A stretch of DNA of 64,000 nt from an uncultured Ruminococcus sp. (lineage in GTDB: Bacteria; Bacillota; Clostridia; Oscillospirales; Ruminococcaceae). The position numbers were made by a program, and so were the translations under genes. Positions within the stretch are counted from its first letter, which is position 1; the number at the start of each line of letters is the position of its first letter. The notes beneath the pieces were generated by a model. It was not told where the DNA came from, made no database searches, and was given only the letters and a program-made list of their open reading frames with translations. The stretch spans positions 301 through 64,300 of the forward strand of contig CALXIQ010000036.1 of assembly GCA_944388405.1 (NCBI GenBank), in the 5' to 3' direction. Positions 51,198-60,063 of the stretch are shown here, in pieces.

Positions 51198-51226
51198 TTG
51201 CAAAAATAAGCTGAATGTAGTATAAT
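51198..51226 (+). promoter_or_regulatory. gap promoter
   Basis: TTGCAA-17-TATAAT. Confidence 0.75.
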
Positions 51227-51259
51227 AAATGTAGAATTTTTTTAGGAGGTAAATTAATT

Positions 51260-52297
51260 ATGGCAGTTAAAGTCGCAATTAATGGTTTTGGACGTATTGG
51301 ACGTCTTGCATTCAGACAGATGTTCGGCGCAGAGGGTTATGAGGTAGTTGCTATCAACGACCTTACAAAGCCTTCAATGCTGGCTGATCTTCTTAAGTAT
51401 GATACAGCGCAGGGCGGTTACTGCGGTAAGATCGGTGAGAATCTTCACACTGTAGAGGCTGACGATGAGGCAGGCACAATTACAGTTGACGGCAAGACTC
51501 TTAAGATCTATGCTATGGCAAACGCAGCTGAGCTTCCTTGGGGAGAAATCGGCGTAGACGTTGTTCTCGAGTGCACAGGTTTCTATTGCTCAAAGGCTAA
51601 GTCACAGGCTCACATTGACGCAGGCGCTAAGAAGGTTGTTATCTCTGCTCCTGCAGGCAACGATCTGCCTACTATTGTATATTCCGTAAACGAGAAGACT
51701 CTTACAGCTGACGATACAATCATTTCAGCAGCTTCTTGTACAACAAACTGTCTTGCTCCTATGGCTAAGGCTCTTAACGATTATGCTCCTATCCAGAGCG
51801 GTATCATGTCAACAATTCACGCTTACACAGGCGACCAGATGATTCTTGACGGTCCTCACAGAAAGGGCGACCTGAGAAGAGCAAGAGCAGGTGCAGCTAA
51901 CATTGTTCCTAACTCTACAGGTGCTGCTAAGGCTATCGGTCTTGTTATCCCCGAGCTGAACGGAAAGCTTATCGGTTCTGCTCAGAGAGTTCCTGTTCCT
52001 ACAGGTTCTACAACAATCCTTACCGCTGTAGTTAAGGGTTCTGACGTTACAGTTGAGGGCATCAACGCTGCTATGAAGGCTGCTGCTTCCGAGTCCTTCG
52101 GTTACAACACTGATCCTATCGTTTCTTCCGACGTTATCGGTATGAGATATGGTTCGCTGTTCGACGCTACTCAGACAATGGTTGCTAAGATTGCTGACGA
52201 CCTCTATCAGGTTCAGGTTGTTTCTTGGTACGACAACGAGAATTCTTACACATCACAGATGGTAAGAACTATCAAGTATTTTGCTGAGCTTGGCTAA
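51260..52297 (+). CDS. gap: Glyceraldehyde-3-phosphate dehydrogenase (type I)
   Basis: [34 protein letters not shown]; strong codon bias. Confidence 0.97.
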   Translation: MAVKVAINGFGRIGRLAFRQMFGAEGYEVVAINDLTKPSMLADLLKYDTAQGGYCGKIGENLHTVEADDEAGTITVDGKTLKIYAMANAAELPWGEIGVDVVLECTGFYCSKAKSQAHIDAGAKKVVISAPAGNDLPTIVYSVNEKTLTADDTIISAASCTTNCLAPMAKALNDYAPIQSGIMSTIHAYTGDQMILDGPHRKGDLRRARAGAANIVPNSTGAAKAIGLVIPELNGKLIGSAQRVPVPTGSTTILTAVVKGSDVTVEGINAAMKAAASESFGYNTDPIVSSDVIGMRYGSLFDATQTMVAKIADDLYQVQVVSWYDNENSYTSQMVRTIKYFAELG

Positions 52298-52311
52298 TTA
52301 AGTTAAATCGT

Positions 52312-52350
52312 AAAGCCTCTGACCGAAAATCAGGTCAGAGGCTTTATTTT
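52312..52350. terminator. Terminator between gap and XRE gene
   Basis: AAAGCCTCTGACC/GGTCAGAGGCTTT. Confidence 0.85.
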
Positions 52351-52377
52351 TTTGAAGATAACCGACAGCGGCAGACT

Positions 52378-52590
52378 TTATCTGTTGGTGGCTTTTTTAT
52401 CGGTACGATTGAGAATATAGTCTACCGATACATTGTGAAAGTCCGCAAGCTTTATCAGTATCTCGGTGGGGATGTCCAAATCGCCTCGTTCATAGTTGCT
52501 GTAAACACGCTGACTGCAGTTCAAAATTTTAGCGATTTCGGTTTGAGTCATATCGGCATCCTCGCGGAGATTTCTTATTCTGGCATACAT
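52378..52590 (-). CDS. XRE-family HTH transcriptional regulator (70 aa)
   Basis: RIRNLREDADMTQTEIAKILNCSQRVYSNYERG...ILIKLADFHNVSVDYIL; RBS AAAAGGAG before ATG 52590. Confidence 0.92.
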   Translation of the reverse strand: MYARIRNLREDADMTQTEIAKILNCSQRVYSNYERGDLDIPTEILIKLADFHNVSVDYILNRTDKKATNR

Positions 52591-52673
52591 ATTAATACTC
52601 CTTTTGGTATATTTACACAAAAAACAACACAAAACTTTGTTAATATTATTATAGTTTATAGCGACTTTTAGTA

Positions 52674-52787
52674 TTGACTTATAGCGTAAAATCCGCTATA
52701 ATATAATTAAGAAATGAATATAAGACTGATTACATTCAGCTTAACCATTTCTTTTTATTTTATTATATTTTAGCGGATTATCCGCTA
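52674..52787 (+). promoter_or_regulatory. Promoter with two palindromic putative XRE operators
   Basis: TTGACT-17-TATAAT (52674-52702); TAGCGTAAAATCCGCTA (52682-98) in the spacer; TAGCGGATTATCCGCTA (52771-87) abutting the RBS. Confidence 0.75.
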
Positions 52788-52803
52788 AGGAGGAGTTTGT
52801 ATT

Positions 52804-53001
52804 ATGGAAGCTTTATTGTTGGTATTTTTAATTTTAGCGGGAATAGCAATTTATTTTATTCCGACGATTATTGCGTTTGTGAGGGGAAGAATAAATAAAG
52901 GAGCTATTTTATGCATGAATCTGTTTTTAGGCTGGTCCTTTATCGGCTGGGTAGTTGCCTTGATCTGGGCTGTCAAGGAGCCTGATAACGTTGGAAAATA
53001 A
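52804..53001 (+). CDS. Superinfection immunity protein (T4 Imm-like, small membrane protein)
   Basis: YFIPTIIA..R......I..MNLFLGWSFIGWVVALIWA signature. Confidence 0.85.
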   Translation: MEALLLVFLILAGIAIYFIPTIIAFVRGRINKGAILCMNLFLGWSFIGWVVALIWAVKEPDNVGK

Positions 53002-53827
53002 CGCTGCGATAAAATTAGGCGTAGTATTTTCCGGAGGTATTGCAAAAGGCGCATATGAGGTGGGATTTATGTCTGCCTTAAGCAGACATCGGAGATTTTC
53101 CGTAGCAGCCATATCAGCCGCATCGATTGGTGCTCTTAACGGATACGCTCTTTCGTCAGGGAAGCTGATCGAAGCGGAAACGCTTTGGAAATCGGTTGAT
53201 ATTAAAAGCGTAACGGGTATGTATCGTCAATTGCTTAAACGACATAGGATATATGAGTTTGTGGACAAAATATTCAGCGAGGATGACAAGCTGGAGAATC
53301 CTTTGTATATTGTATGTCTGCCGGCTTCCTCTGTTCAGCCTCAATACATATTGCTTAACGACTTGTCGGCAGTTGATAAAGAGAAATTTTTAAAGGCGTC
53401 AATATCTGTTCCCGTTGTTATGGAGCCGGTATTAATCAACGGTACAAAATATTTTGACTGAGCGATACTGGATAATACTCCGATTAAGCCTTTACTGTCT
53501 TATCGTCTTGATTTGATTGTTGCGATTCAGTTTGACGATTATGTTCAGTCAGACCTTACAAATTGCGGATGTCCCGTTTTGTACCTGAATTTACAGAACA
53601 AAAGTCACATAAAGGACAGCTTTGTTGTTGACGCCAAGGCAGTTGAGTATATGATAAGTTACGGCTTTGATGTGTCTGACGATCTGCTTACTTTAATTGA
53701 AAACTCATTTTCGGATTATGGCAGATTTATTGCTTTAATTCAACGCTATAATTCGTGTTTGAAGAAAGGCGGAATAAATGCTGACAGAATAGTAAGCAGA
53801 ATTAACAGGCTCAGCCGTATTCGCTGA
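52991..53827 (+). pseudogene. Patatin-like phospholipase interrupted by one in-frame TGA (53459-53461)
   Basis: GGIAKGAY oxyanion motif, AASIG nucleophile elbow, ASISVP, YFD*AILDNTP catalytic-Asp motif; frame continues to TGA 53827. Confidence 0.8.
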
Positions 53828-53841
53828 GGAGAGGATTGTTT

Positions 53842-53982
53842 ATGAACAGATTTATAATATCTTTGGGAGTGACGGCGTTAGTTATGCTAACGGTGTCAGT
53901 TGGTTATTTAACTTTAAGGCAATTATTTAAAAGCGTTGATTTCCTGAAAAAATTGTTTGTTGCATTAAATAAGAAATCATAA
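53842..53982 (+). CDS. 46-aa small membrane protein (not in ORF track)
   Basis: RBS GAGGAGAGG, ATG 53842, MNRFIISLGVTALVMLTVSVGYLTLRQLFKSVDFLKKLFVALNKKS*. Confidence 0.6.
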   Translation: MNRFIISLGVTALVMLTVSVGYLTLRQLFKSVDFLKKLFVALNKKS

Positions 53983-54026
53983 CGGGAAAATCATATTGAG
54001 AGTAAATAATACCTCCATCATAATTT

Positions 54027-54051
54027 AGCCGTCCTTAAGGGCGGCTTTTTT
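54027..54051 (+). terminator. Intrinsic terminator closing the imm-patatin unit
   Basis: AGCCGTCC-TTAA-GGGCGGCT + TTTTT. Confidence 0.75.
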
Positions 54052-54132
54052 GCGTATATATGCAAAAAGCCGTTGAAAAAGCTCGAATATTGTGATATAA
54101 TAAATGCAATAAATATTTTAGGGGGCTTTGGC

Positions 54133-54423
54133 ATGAACGATGTTTTGCAGACCTTTCTCGATGAGGAGATAACCGATGCGGTGTATAATGAGCTGTGGAA
54201 TTTCGTGTCCTCAGATTCGGTAGTAAGGGGAACTTTCGAGTGCTCAAACCATGTGGTGATGAAAATTTCTCCCACTCAGTTTGTTATCTACAGAATACGC
54301 ATAGGGGTGGAAAACACCAAGTGTCAGCCTGCAGTGCTGGTGGCGAAAACATTCTTTCTGAAAAAAATAAACAGCAAGGCGTATGAAAGACGGCTGCCGG
54401 ATATACAGAACATTTTTGACTAA
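54133..54423 (+). CDS. Hypothetical protein (96 aa) upstream of rarA
   Basis: GGGGG RBS, ATG 54133, 13-nt gap to rarA; no family recognised. Confidence 0.6.
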   Translation: MNDVLQTFLDEEITDAVYNELWNFVSSDSVVRGTFECSNHVVMKISPTQFVIYRIRIGVENTKCQPAVLVAKTFFLKKINSKAYERRLPDIQNIFD

Positions 54424-54436
54424 AGGAGATGCGCAA

Positions 54437-55705
54437 ATGTCGGTTCCATTGGCTGAAAGAATACGTCCCAAAACCCTTGACGACGTGGTGGGACAGCCGC
54501 ACCTGCTGGGAAAAGACAAGCCGTTGCGACGGATAATCGAAAGCGGCAGGATACCCAATATGATTTTTTACGGTCCGTCCGGAATAGGAAAGACTACCGT
54601 AGCAAGGATTATTGCCGAAAACGCCAACATGACAATGCACAAGCTTAACGGCACTTCCGCGTCCATTGCCGATATAAAACAGATTGTAGCTGAAACAGGC
54701 ACCCTAAGCGGAATAGGCGGAATACTGCTTTATCTGGACGAGATACAGTATCTCAACAAAAAACAGCAGCAGTCGCTGCTTGAATATATAGAGGACGGAA
54801 GCATTACCCTTATTTCCTCAACCACTGAAAATCCCTATTTTTATGTGTATAACGCAATAATAAGCCGCTCCACCGTGTTTGAGTTCAAGCCTCTTACTCC
54901 CGAGGAGATAATGCCGGCAATAAAGCGGGCGTTTCAGATATGCGCCGATGAGCTGGGACTGAAGCTGCGGCTTGAAAGCGGAGTGTGCGAGCACATCGCC
55001 AGAGGCTGCGGGGGAGATGTGAGAAAGTCCATAAACACCGTTGAGCTGTGTATTCTTTCTGCGGATAACGACGGCAGCTCACTTACGGTAAGCATGGATA
55101 CGGTAAAACTCCTTACCCAGCGCAGCAATATGAAATACGACCGTGACGGCGATCAGCATTATGATATTCTTTCGGCTTTGCAGAAGTCCATAAGAGGGTC
55201 TGATGAAAACGCTGCCCTTCATTACGCTGCACGGCTTATCGAAGCCGGGGATATTATTTCTCTTTCACGCCGCCTGCTGGTCATCGCCAGCGAGGATGTG
55301 GGGCTTGCCTATCCACAGGCTGCGGCGATTACCAAGGCGTGCGTGGACAGCGCAATGCAGCTTGGGCTCCCGGAGGCGAGAATACCTCTTGCCGAAGCGG
55401 TGGTGCTGCTTGCAACCGCTCCCAAATCAAACAGCTCCTATCTTGCAATGGACGCCGCCCTTAAGGACGTAAGACAAGGCGGAGCGCTTGATTTCCCGAG
55501 ACATCTCCAGAATAAGCATTTTGACGGTGAGGACGCAGTGGTAAAGGGTCAGCATTATCTGTATCCTCACGATTTCCCCAATCACTACGTGGAGCAGCAG
55601 TATCTGCCCGACGCCTTGAAGGACAGGGTGTATTACAAATTCGGCGACAATAAAAATGAACAGCTTGCCTTGCAGTACAGAAATAAAATAAAAGGCGGAA
55701 AATAA
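54437..55705 (+). CDS. rarA: Replication-associated recombination protein A (MgsA/RarA AAA+ ATPase)
   Basis: PLAERIRP, YGPSGIGKT, LDEIQ, TTENPYF, SALQKSIRGSD, ASEDVG, YLYPHDFP. Confidence 0.93.
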   Translation: MSVPLAERIRPKTLDDVVGQPHLLGKDKPLRRIIESGRIPNMIFYGPSGIGKTTVARIIAENANMTMHKLNGTSASIADIKQIVAETGTLSGIGGILLYLDEIQYLNKKQQQSLLEYIEDGSITLISSTTENPYFYVYNAIISRSTVFEFKPLTPEEIMPAIKRAFQICADELGLKLRLESGVCEHIARGCGGDVRKSINTVELCILSADNDGSSLTVSMDTVKLLTQRSNMKYDRDGDQHYDILSALQKSIRGSDENAALHYAARLIEAGDIISLSRRLLVIASEDVGLAYPQAAAITKACVDSAMQLGLPEARIPLAEAVVLLATAPKSNSSYLAMDAALKDVRQGGALDFPRHLQNKHFDGEDAVVKGQHYLYPHDFPNHYVEQQYLPDALKDRVYYKFGDNKNEQLALQYRNKIKGGK

Positions 55706-55710
55706 AATTT

Positions 55711-55755
55711 TGACCGACGCTGGGTCTTTTTATAAGAAACGGCGTCGGTCGTTTT
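55711..55755. terminator. Terminator between convergent rarA and S1 genes
   Basis: GACCGACGC...GCGTCGGTC + TTTT. Confidence 0.7.
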
Positions 55756-55766
55756 AAATTGTATTG

Positions 55767-56687
55767 TCAGAATTGAGTTACTATCTTTTTGTCGGCAAGG
55801 GGAGTGGAATATTCCCACCGGGAGATATGTCCGCTGTTGATAAAATACTTTAGCTTTGAAGGGAAGTTGGTGTTTTCAAAAACGTCTACGATTATAAGCT
55901 TTACCTTCATTTTTTCGGGAATAAGCGCTTTTATGTATACGCTTGCCGCCTGGCCTACCTGAACGTTGTCCCGAGGCTCCGCCAGCCCTGCAAGGTTGGG
56001 AGCAAGCTCGATAAATATGCCGTAGCTTTCCACCGAGCGCACTATTCCGCCTACCGTTTCACCTGCCTGAAATCTGGCTGCATTTTCCTCCCAGGTCCCC
56101 AGCAGTTCTTTGTGAGAAAGACATATCCGTCCGTTTTCTATTGACTTTATCACAACAAAAATATCCTGACCGTTATAGAATCTGTCGTTGGGGTGAGCTA
56201 TTCTTGAAACGGAAATTGCGTCTATGGGAATGAGGGATGGTATTCCACAGCCCACGTCCACAAAGCAGCCGAAGGGTTCAAGGTGTGTCACCTTAGCCGG
56301 GATAACGTCACCGCTTTGAAGAGTGGAAATATACCGCTCCATACATTCCTCCTGAGCCAGCCTGCGTGAGAGGGTGTATATATTTTCTCCGACGGAATTT
56401 TTTGATACGCCGAGTATCTTAAAGCAAACAGGCTTGTTGACCTTTGAAAGCAGCGCAATATCCCTTGTAGTTCCCTCGGCGATGCCTATAGCACCCTCGG
56501 TTCTGGGAATAATCCCTCGTCCGCAGGGCAGCTCCACAATAAGATTGTGGTCGCTGTCGCAGATAACCGCCTGAGCTTCAAGGATTACGCCGTGAGCCCA
56601 CGCCTCCGCCATTGATTGCTGGCTTTTCAGGTGATTTCTGTTGCCCGCCGTGTCAAAAAGCTTTCCTTCGGGTAGATATTTATTCAT
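55767..56687 (-). CDS. S1 RNA-binding domain protein
   Basis: AKVTHLEPFGCFVDVG and GIVRSVESYGIFIELAPNLAGL S1 repeats. Confidence 0.85.
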   Translation of the reverse strand: MNKYLPEGKLFDTAGNRNHLKSQQSMAEAWAHGVILEAQAVICDSDHNLIVELPCGRGIIPRTEGAIGIAEGTTRDIALLSKVNKPVCFKILGVSKNSVGENIYTLSRRLAQEECMERYISTLQSGDVIPAKVTHLEPFGCFVDVGCGIPSLIPIDAISVSRIAHPNDRFYNGQDIFVVIKSIENGRICLSHKELLGTWEENAARFQAGETVGGIVRSVESYGIFIELAPNLAGLAEPRDNVQVGQAASVYIKALIPEKMKVKLIIVDVFENTNFPSKLKYFINSGHISRWEYSTPLADKKIVTQF

Positions 56688-56904
56688 TTTAAACCTCTTT
56701 CTCCGCAGATTTTATATTCTTATCAGGCCCTTTTACTGCGGTATACAGACCTTGTTGAAATACAGCAAAGCCATACCCTTCGCTGCTTTTAAATCTCAGT
56801 TAATTGTATGAGGCTTAAATGAAAAATAGTACGGTTTGTCCCCCAAAGGCTGGGACAGGTGAATTTATGACAAAAATACGCACAAAACGATTAACGCCAA
56901 TAAA

Positions 56905-56952
56905 TAAACCGGGGCGGTCGCTGCTTTATACTGAGCGACCGCCCCGATTTTG
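56905..56952 (-). terminator. Terminator after ArsC/Spx gene
   Basis: CGGGGCGGTCGCT/AGCGACCGCCCCG. Confidence 0.75.
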
Positions 56953-56965
56953 TTTTGAAAAAGTT

Positions 56966-57310
56966 TTAAATCTCGTCCCATTCCGCCTGCTTGAAGCCTA
57001 CCAGAACCTTGTCCTCCGTTACAAGTATCGGACGCTTTACCAGCATTCCGTCGGTGGAAAGCAGCCTGAGCTGCTCCTCCTCGCTCATTTGGGGCAGCTT
57101 GTCTTTAAGCCCCATTGTCTTGTAAAGGGTGCCGGAGGTGTTGAAAAACCGCTTGAGGGGAAGTCCGCTTTTTTCATACCATTCCTTGAGCTCCTCATAT
57201 GAAGGCTTGTCTTCTTTGATGTGCCTGTCTTGAAAGTCCAGATTTTTGGACTCAAGATATTTTCTTGCCTTTATGCAGGTTGTGCATTTAGGGTAGTTTA
57301 CAAAAAGCAT
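56966..57310 (-). CDS. ArsC/Spx/MgsR-family protein
   Basis: YPKCTTCIKAR (CxxC), FFNTSG..YK, MLVKRPIL. Confidence 0.9.
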   Translation of the reverse strand: MLFVNYPKCTTCIKARKYLESKNLDFQDRHIKEDKPSYEELKEWYEKSGLPLKRFFNTSGTLYKTMGLKDKLPQMSEEEQLRLLSTDGMLVKRPILVTEDKVLVGFKQAEWDEI

Positions 57311-57396
57311 TATTACATTTCCTTTCATTATGCCAAGACAGGAAGCACGAAGAAATCCCGGCTTCCTGTCTTGTGATGTTATTTAACTTGTGAAAA

Positions 57397-58848
57397 TTAA
57401 GCTTCTACCGGCTCAAATTCAATTCTGATTTTCGGCAGCTTTTCAATTACCGAGTAGGAATTGTAAAGTCCGTCCTCGGTTGAAATGTCGTTTTCACCGC
57501 TGGCAGGAGGAGCAAACATTCTCAGGGTCAGATCGCAAGGACCGTCCAGAGGCTTTTCAAAGAATGCGCTCATAAGGTCAATGGTTCTCGCCTTGGGTGA
57601 CTTGTAGAACCACTTGCCGTTAATCTCCATCATAATGTTTGAATCATCGTCAAAGGTTACCTCGCAGAAGTGAGGATTCTTTTCAAAATGGAGGGGTAAC
57701 TCAATTCCCTCTGCGTCCTCAGCGCCACCCCATCTCAGCTTAACAGGGAAGCTCAGCTCCTCGCCCTTGGTCATTGCAGGCTTGAAAAAGTCGTCGTGAA
57801 TAATTTCCTTGTAAGTCTGCATAACAGGCTGTTCTATTCCGCAGTCGGAATAGTTGGGATCTTCAATCTCAAGACCTAAGCGTCCCCTGTCACGGAACTG
57901 ATAGAATGTAAATGCGCTGAACCATTCCTCGGGGTCGTTTTTAAGCATATCGCAGAAGCCCTTTACCATTTCCGCCTGGTCGTAAGGACCTGTAACATCG
58001 CCGTCGGCATTAAATTCGCTCATTACCATAGGCTTTGCAACGCCGCCGTTGATTGCCTTGAATCTGTTGTAGGACATCTTTGTAAGCTTGTAGGTGTTTT
58101 CTACCGTATCCCTCTTGAAGGACTTGTTTTCGGAATCTTTGAGAGCTACATCAAAAGGCCAGCCCCAATGGAGAGCCATGTACTTGTCAACCGACCAAAT
58201 GTCAGTTTCTTTTACAGCCTGTGAAAATTCCTTTTCCATAATAATTTCGGTTGCATTGGGGTCTTCGATGCCGCCTATGCACAGAATGGTTGAAACGTTG
58301 GGTGCATACTCCTTTATTATCTTGTTGAATCTGCAATAAAAGTCAGCAACACCCTGATAGCCTGCTTCACCTGTTCTCTTGGTGAAGGAGAACCAGTTGC
58401 CGGTGGCCTCGTGATTTATTCTCAGCAGTAGTCTGCCAAAGGGTCTGAGGTCCTTGGCAATAGCAATAAGGTGCTCATCGGAAACGTTGGGGTCTACTGT
58501 CAGCGTAAGGGTAACGTCCTGACCGTGGCGGCGAACATCCCTCATATATGTAAAAGGTTCGTCGTCGGTGGTGCCGTTAAGACCGCCCTTGTAGGTAAAG
58601 TAATCATCATACGGATAGTCCCACTGGAAAGAAACTTCCGCATCCTTCATAACCTCCGAAATTCTTCCTGGCCATTCCTTGTCAAGGGGGTAATAGCAGT
58701 ACATCAGAGAAATGCTTCTGTGAGGTCTGCCAAGCTTGTGGAGAATGTAATCCTGGTTTACATATTCTCCTCTTTCGGAACCGTCACCCAGGTCAACGGC
58801 GCACTTGGCTTTTCCCATATGAACGGAATATGCTTTTAATTCGCTCAT
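57397..58848 (-). CDS. GH26-like (clan GH-A) glycoside hydrolase, no signal peptide
   Basis: LLRINHEATGNWF (GH26-like HE acid/base), WSVDKY, PMVMSEF (nucleophile), FTFYQF. Confidence 0.6.
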   Translation of the reverse strand: MSELKAYSVHMGKAKCAVDLGDGSERGEYVNQDYILHKLGRPHRSISLMYCYYPLDKEWPGRISEVMKDAEVSFQWDYPYDDYFTYKGGLNGTTDDEPFTYMRDVRRHGQDVTLTLTVDPNVSDEHLIAIAKDLRPFGRLLLRINHEATGNWFSFTKRTGEAGYQGVADFYCRFNKIIKEYAPNVSTILCIGGIEDPNATEIIMEKEFSQAVKETDIWSVDKYMALHWGWPFDVALKDSENKSFKRDTVENTYKLTKMSYNRFKAINGGVAKPMVMSEFNADGDVTGPYDQAEMVKGFCDMLKNDPEEWFSAFTFYQFRDRGRLGLEIEDPNYSDCGIEQPVMQTYKEIIHDDFFKPAMTKGEELSFPVKLRWGGAEDAEGIELPLHFEKNPHFCEVTFDDDSNIMMEINGKWFYKSPKARTIDLMSAFFEKPLDGPCDLTLRMFAPPASGENDISTEDGLYNSYSVIEKLPKIRIEFEPVEA

Positions 58849-58859
58849 TTTTCGTCCTC

Positions 58860-59927
58860 CTAATCATGATAGATTAATGAATTTATTTCGTCAAATATAT
58901 CAGCAAGGTCTAAAAAGACCTGATTGCTTTCTTCGGTTTCAGGCGCCTGCTCGGTGAATATGCAAAGCACAAAGGGGGATTCTGCATAAACAATAGCGCA
59001 GTCGTTGTATACAAACTCGTTAAATTCCGAGCCGTATTTCTGTGAAACCTTGTACTTTTCCGAGAGATTTTTGCCTATCTGCTCGTTAAGGTCGGTGTCG
59101 GTCATAAGCTCGGTAAGCCACAGCCCAAGCTCGCTTTCTTCGCCAAATTCGTAAATATCCCTGTATGATTTAAGCATATCGGCGGTGGTGGCATATGTAA
59201 ATATCCAGTCAGAGCCTACATAATAATCCGCTCCGATTTCACGCTGCAGCGAGTTGAACGCTTCCCAGCCATAATACTGCTCCAGCAGATAATAAGCGGT
59301 GTTGTCTGAACGCTGAATTGCCGCTTCAATAAGCTCCCTTGCGGTAAATTCAGTGCCCATATCCATAGAAGCGATGTAATCCTCCCCCACTATATCTCCC
59401 ATCCAGTTTTTGTCCTTGACAATTATTTCGTCCAGGTCGATACCGCTTGCAAGTATGCTTTTTACATAGGGAGCCTTTATTGTGCTGCAGGTCATAAATT
59501 CCTTCTGGGAGTTGTAATTTATCTGTGCCCCGGTTTCGATGTTTTCATAAGAAAATGCCAGCGCAGAACCGAACCTGCCGCATATCTCGTCGATTCTTTC
59601 AAGGCAATCCTCCAGCTGTTCATTGGACGTAACAGTCGAAAAGCCTGAAAGGGAAGCGCTGTGACCGCTGAGCAGCTCTTGTGCAATCTCCTCCGGCTCA
59701 ACTGTTGTTACCGTTTCTGCCTGTGAAGATGAATCCCAGGAAACATCGGAAGATTCCGCCACGCTTTCCGAAACGTCTGCCTGTGACGAATCGTCGGAGG
59801 TTGTGGTTGTAACCGTTTCCAACACGGAAGAAACCGCCGCCTCATTTGACGGAATTTCTTCACCGCCGCAGCTTGAACAACCTGCCGCCGCTAAAATCAA
59901 AGCTGTAAGCAACGCTAATTTTTTCAT
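58860..59927 (-). CDS. Serine hydrolase lipoprotein, class A beta-lactamase-like fold
   Basis: Lipobox AAGC; STIK (SxxK), SDN, KYG (KTG variant), YNDCAIV. Confidence 0.8.
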   Translation of the reverse strand: MKKLALLTALILAAAGCSSCGGEEIPSNEAAVSSVLETVTTTTSDDSSQADVSESVAESSDVSWDSSSQAETVTTVEPEEIAQELLSGHSASLSGFSTVTSNEQLEDCLERIDEICGRFGSALAFSYENIETGAQINYNSQKEFMTCSTIKAPYVKSILASGIDLDEIIVKDKNWMGDIVGEDYIASMDMGTEFTARELIEAAIQRSDNTAYYLLEQYYGWEAFNSLQREIGADYYVGSDWIFTYATTADMLKSYRDIYEFGEESELGLWLTELMTDTDLNEQIGKNLSEKYKVSQKYGSEFNEFVYNDCAIVYAESPFVLCIFTEQAPETEESNQVFLDLADIFDEINSLIYHD

Positions 59928-60063
59928 AAAGTAAACCTCTTAAAGCTGTTATACATTTTCGCACTACCGAATTTTCGTGCTGTTATCGTTAAGTTTATGA
60001 TAACATATAGACAAATCAAAGTCAAGCTTTAAGAGGCTTAATTCTCTTTGCGGAAAGCGACGG

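Noticed and set aside
53459-53500. Selenocysteine or genetic code 25 (TGA=Gly) recoding of the patatin TGA
   Set aside because: The position is a Gly rather than Cys site, no convincing SECIS hairpin follows, and TGA ends normal genes elsewhere in the window.
52378-54051. Intact prophage, ICE or CBASS system
   Set aside because: No integrase, att repeats, structural genes or CD-NTase are visible.
58860-59927. Antibiotic-resistance beta-lactamase
   Set aside because: The fold motifs alone do not imply resistance; the KYG triad and long Ser/Thr linker fit cell-wall serine hydrolases common in Clostridia.
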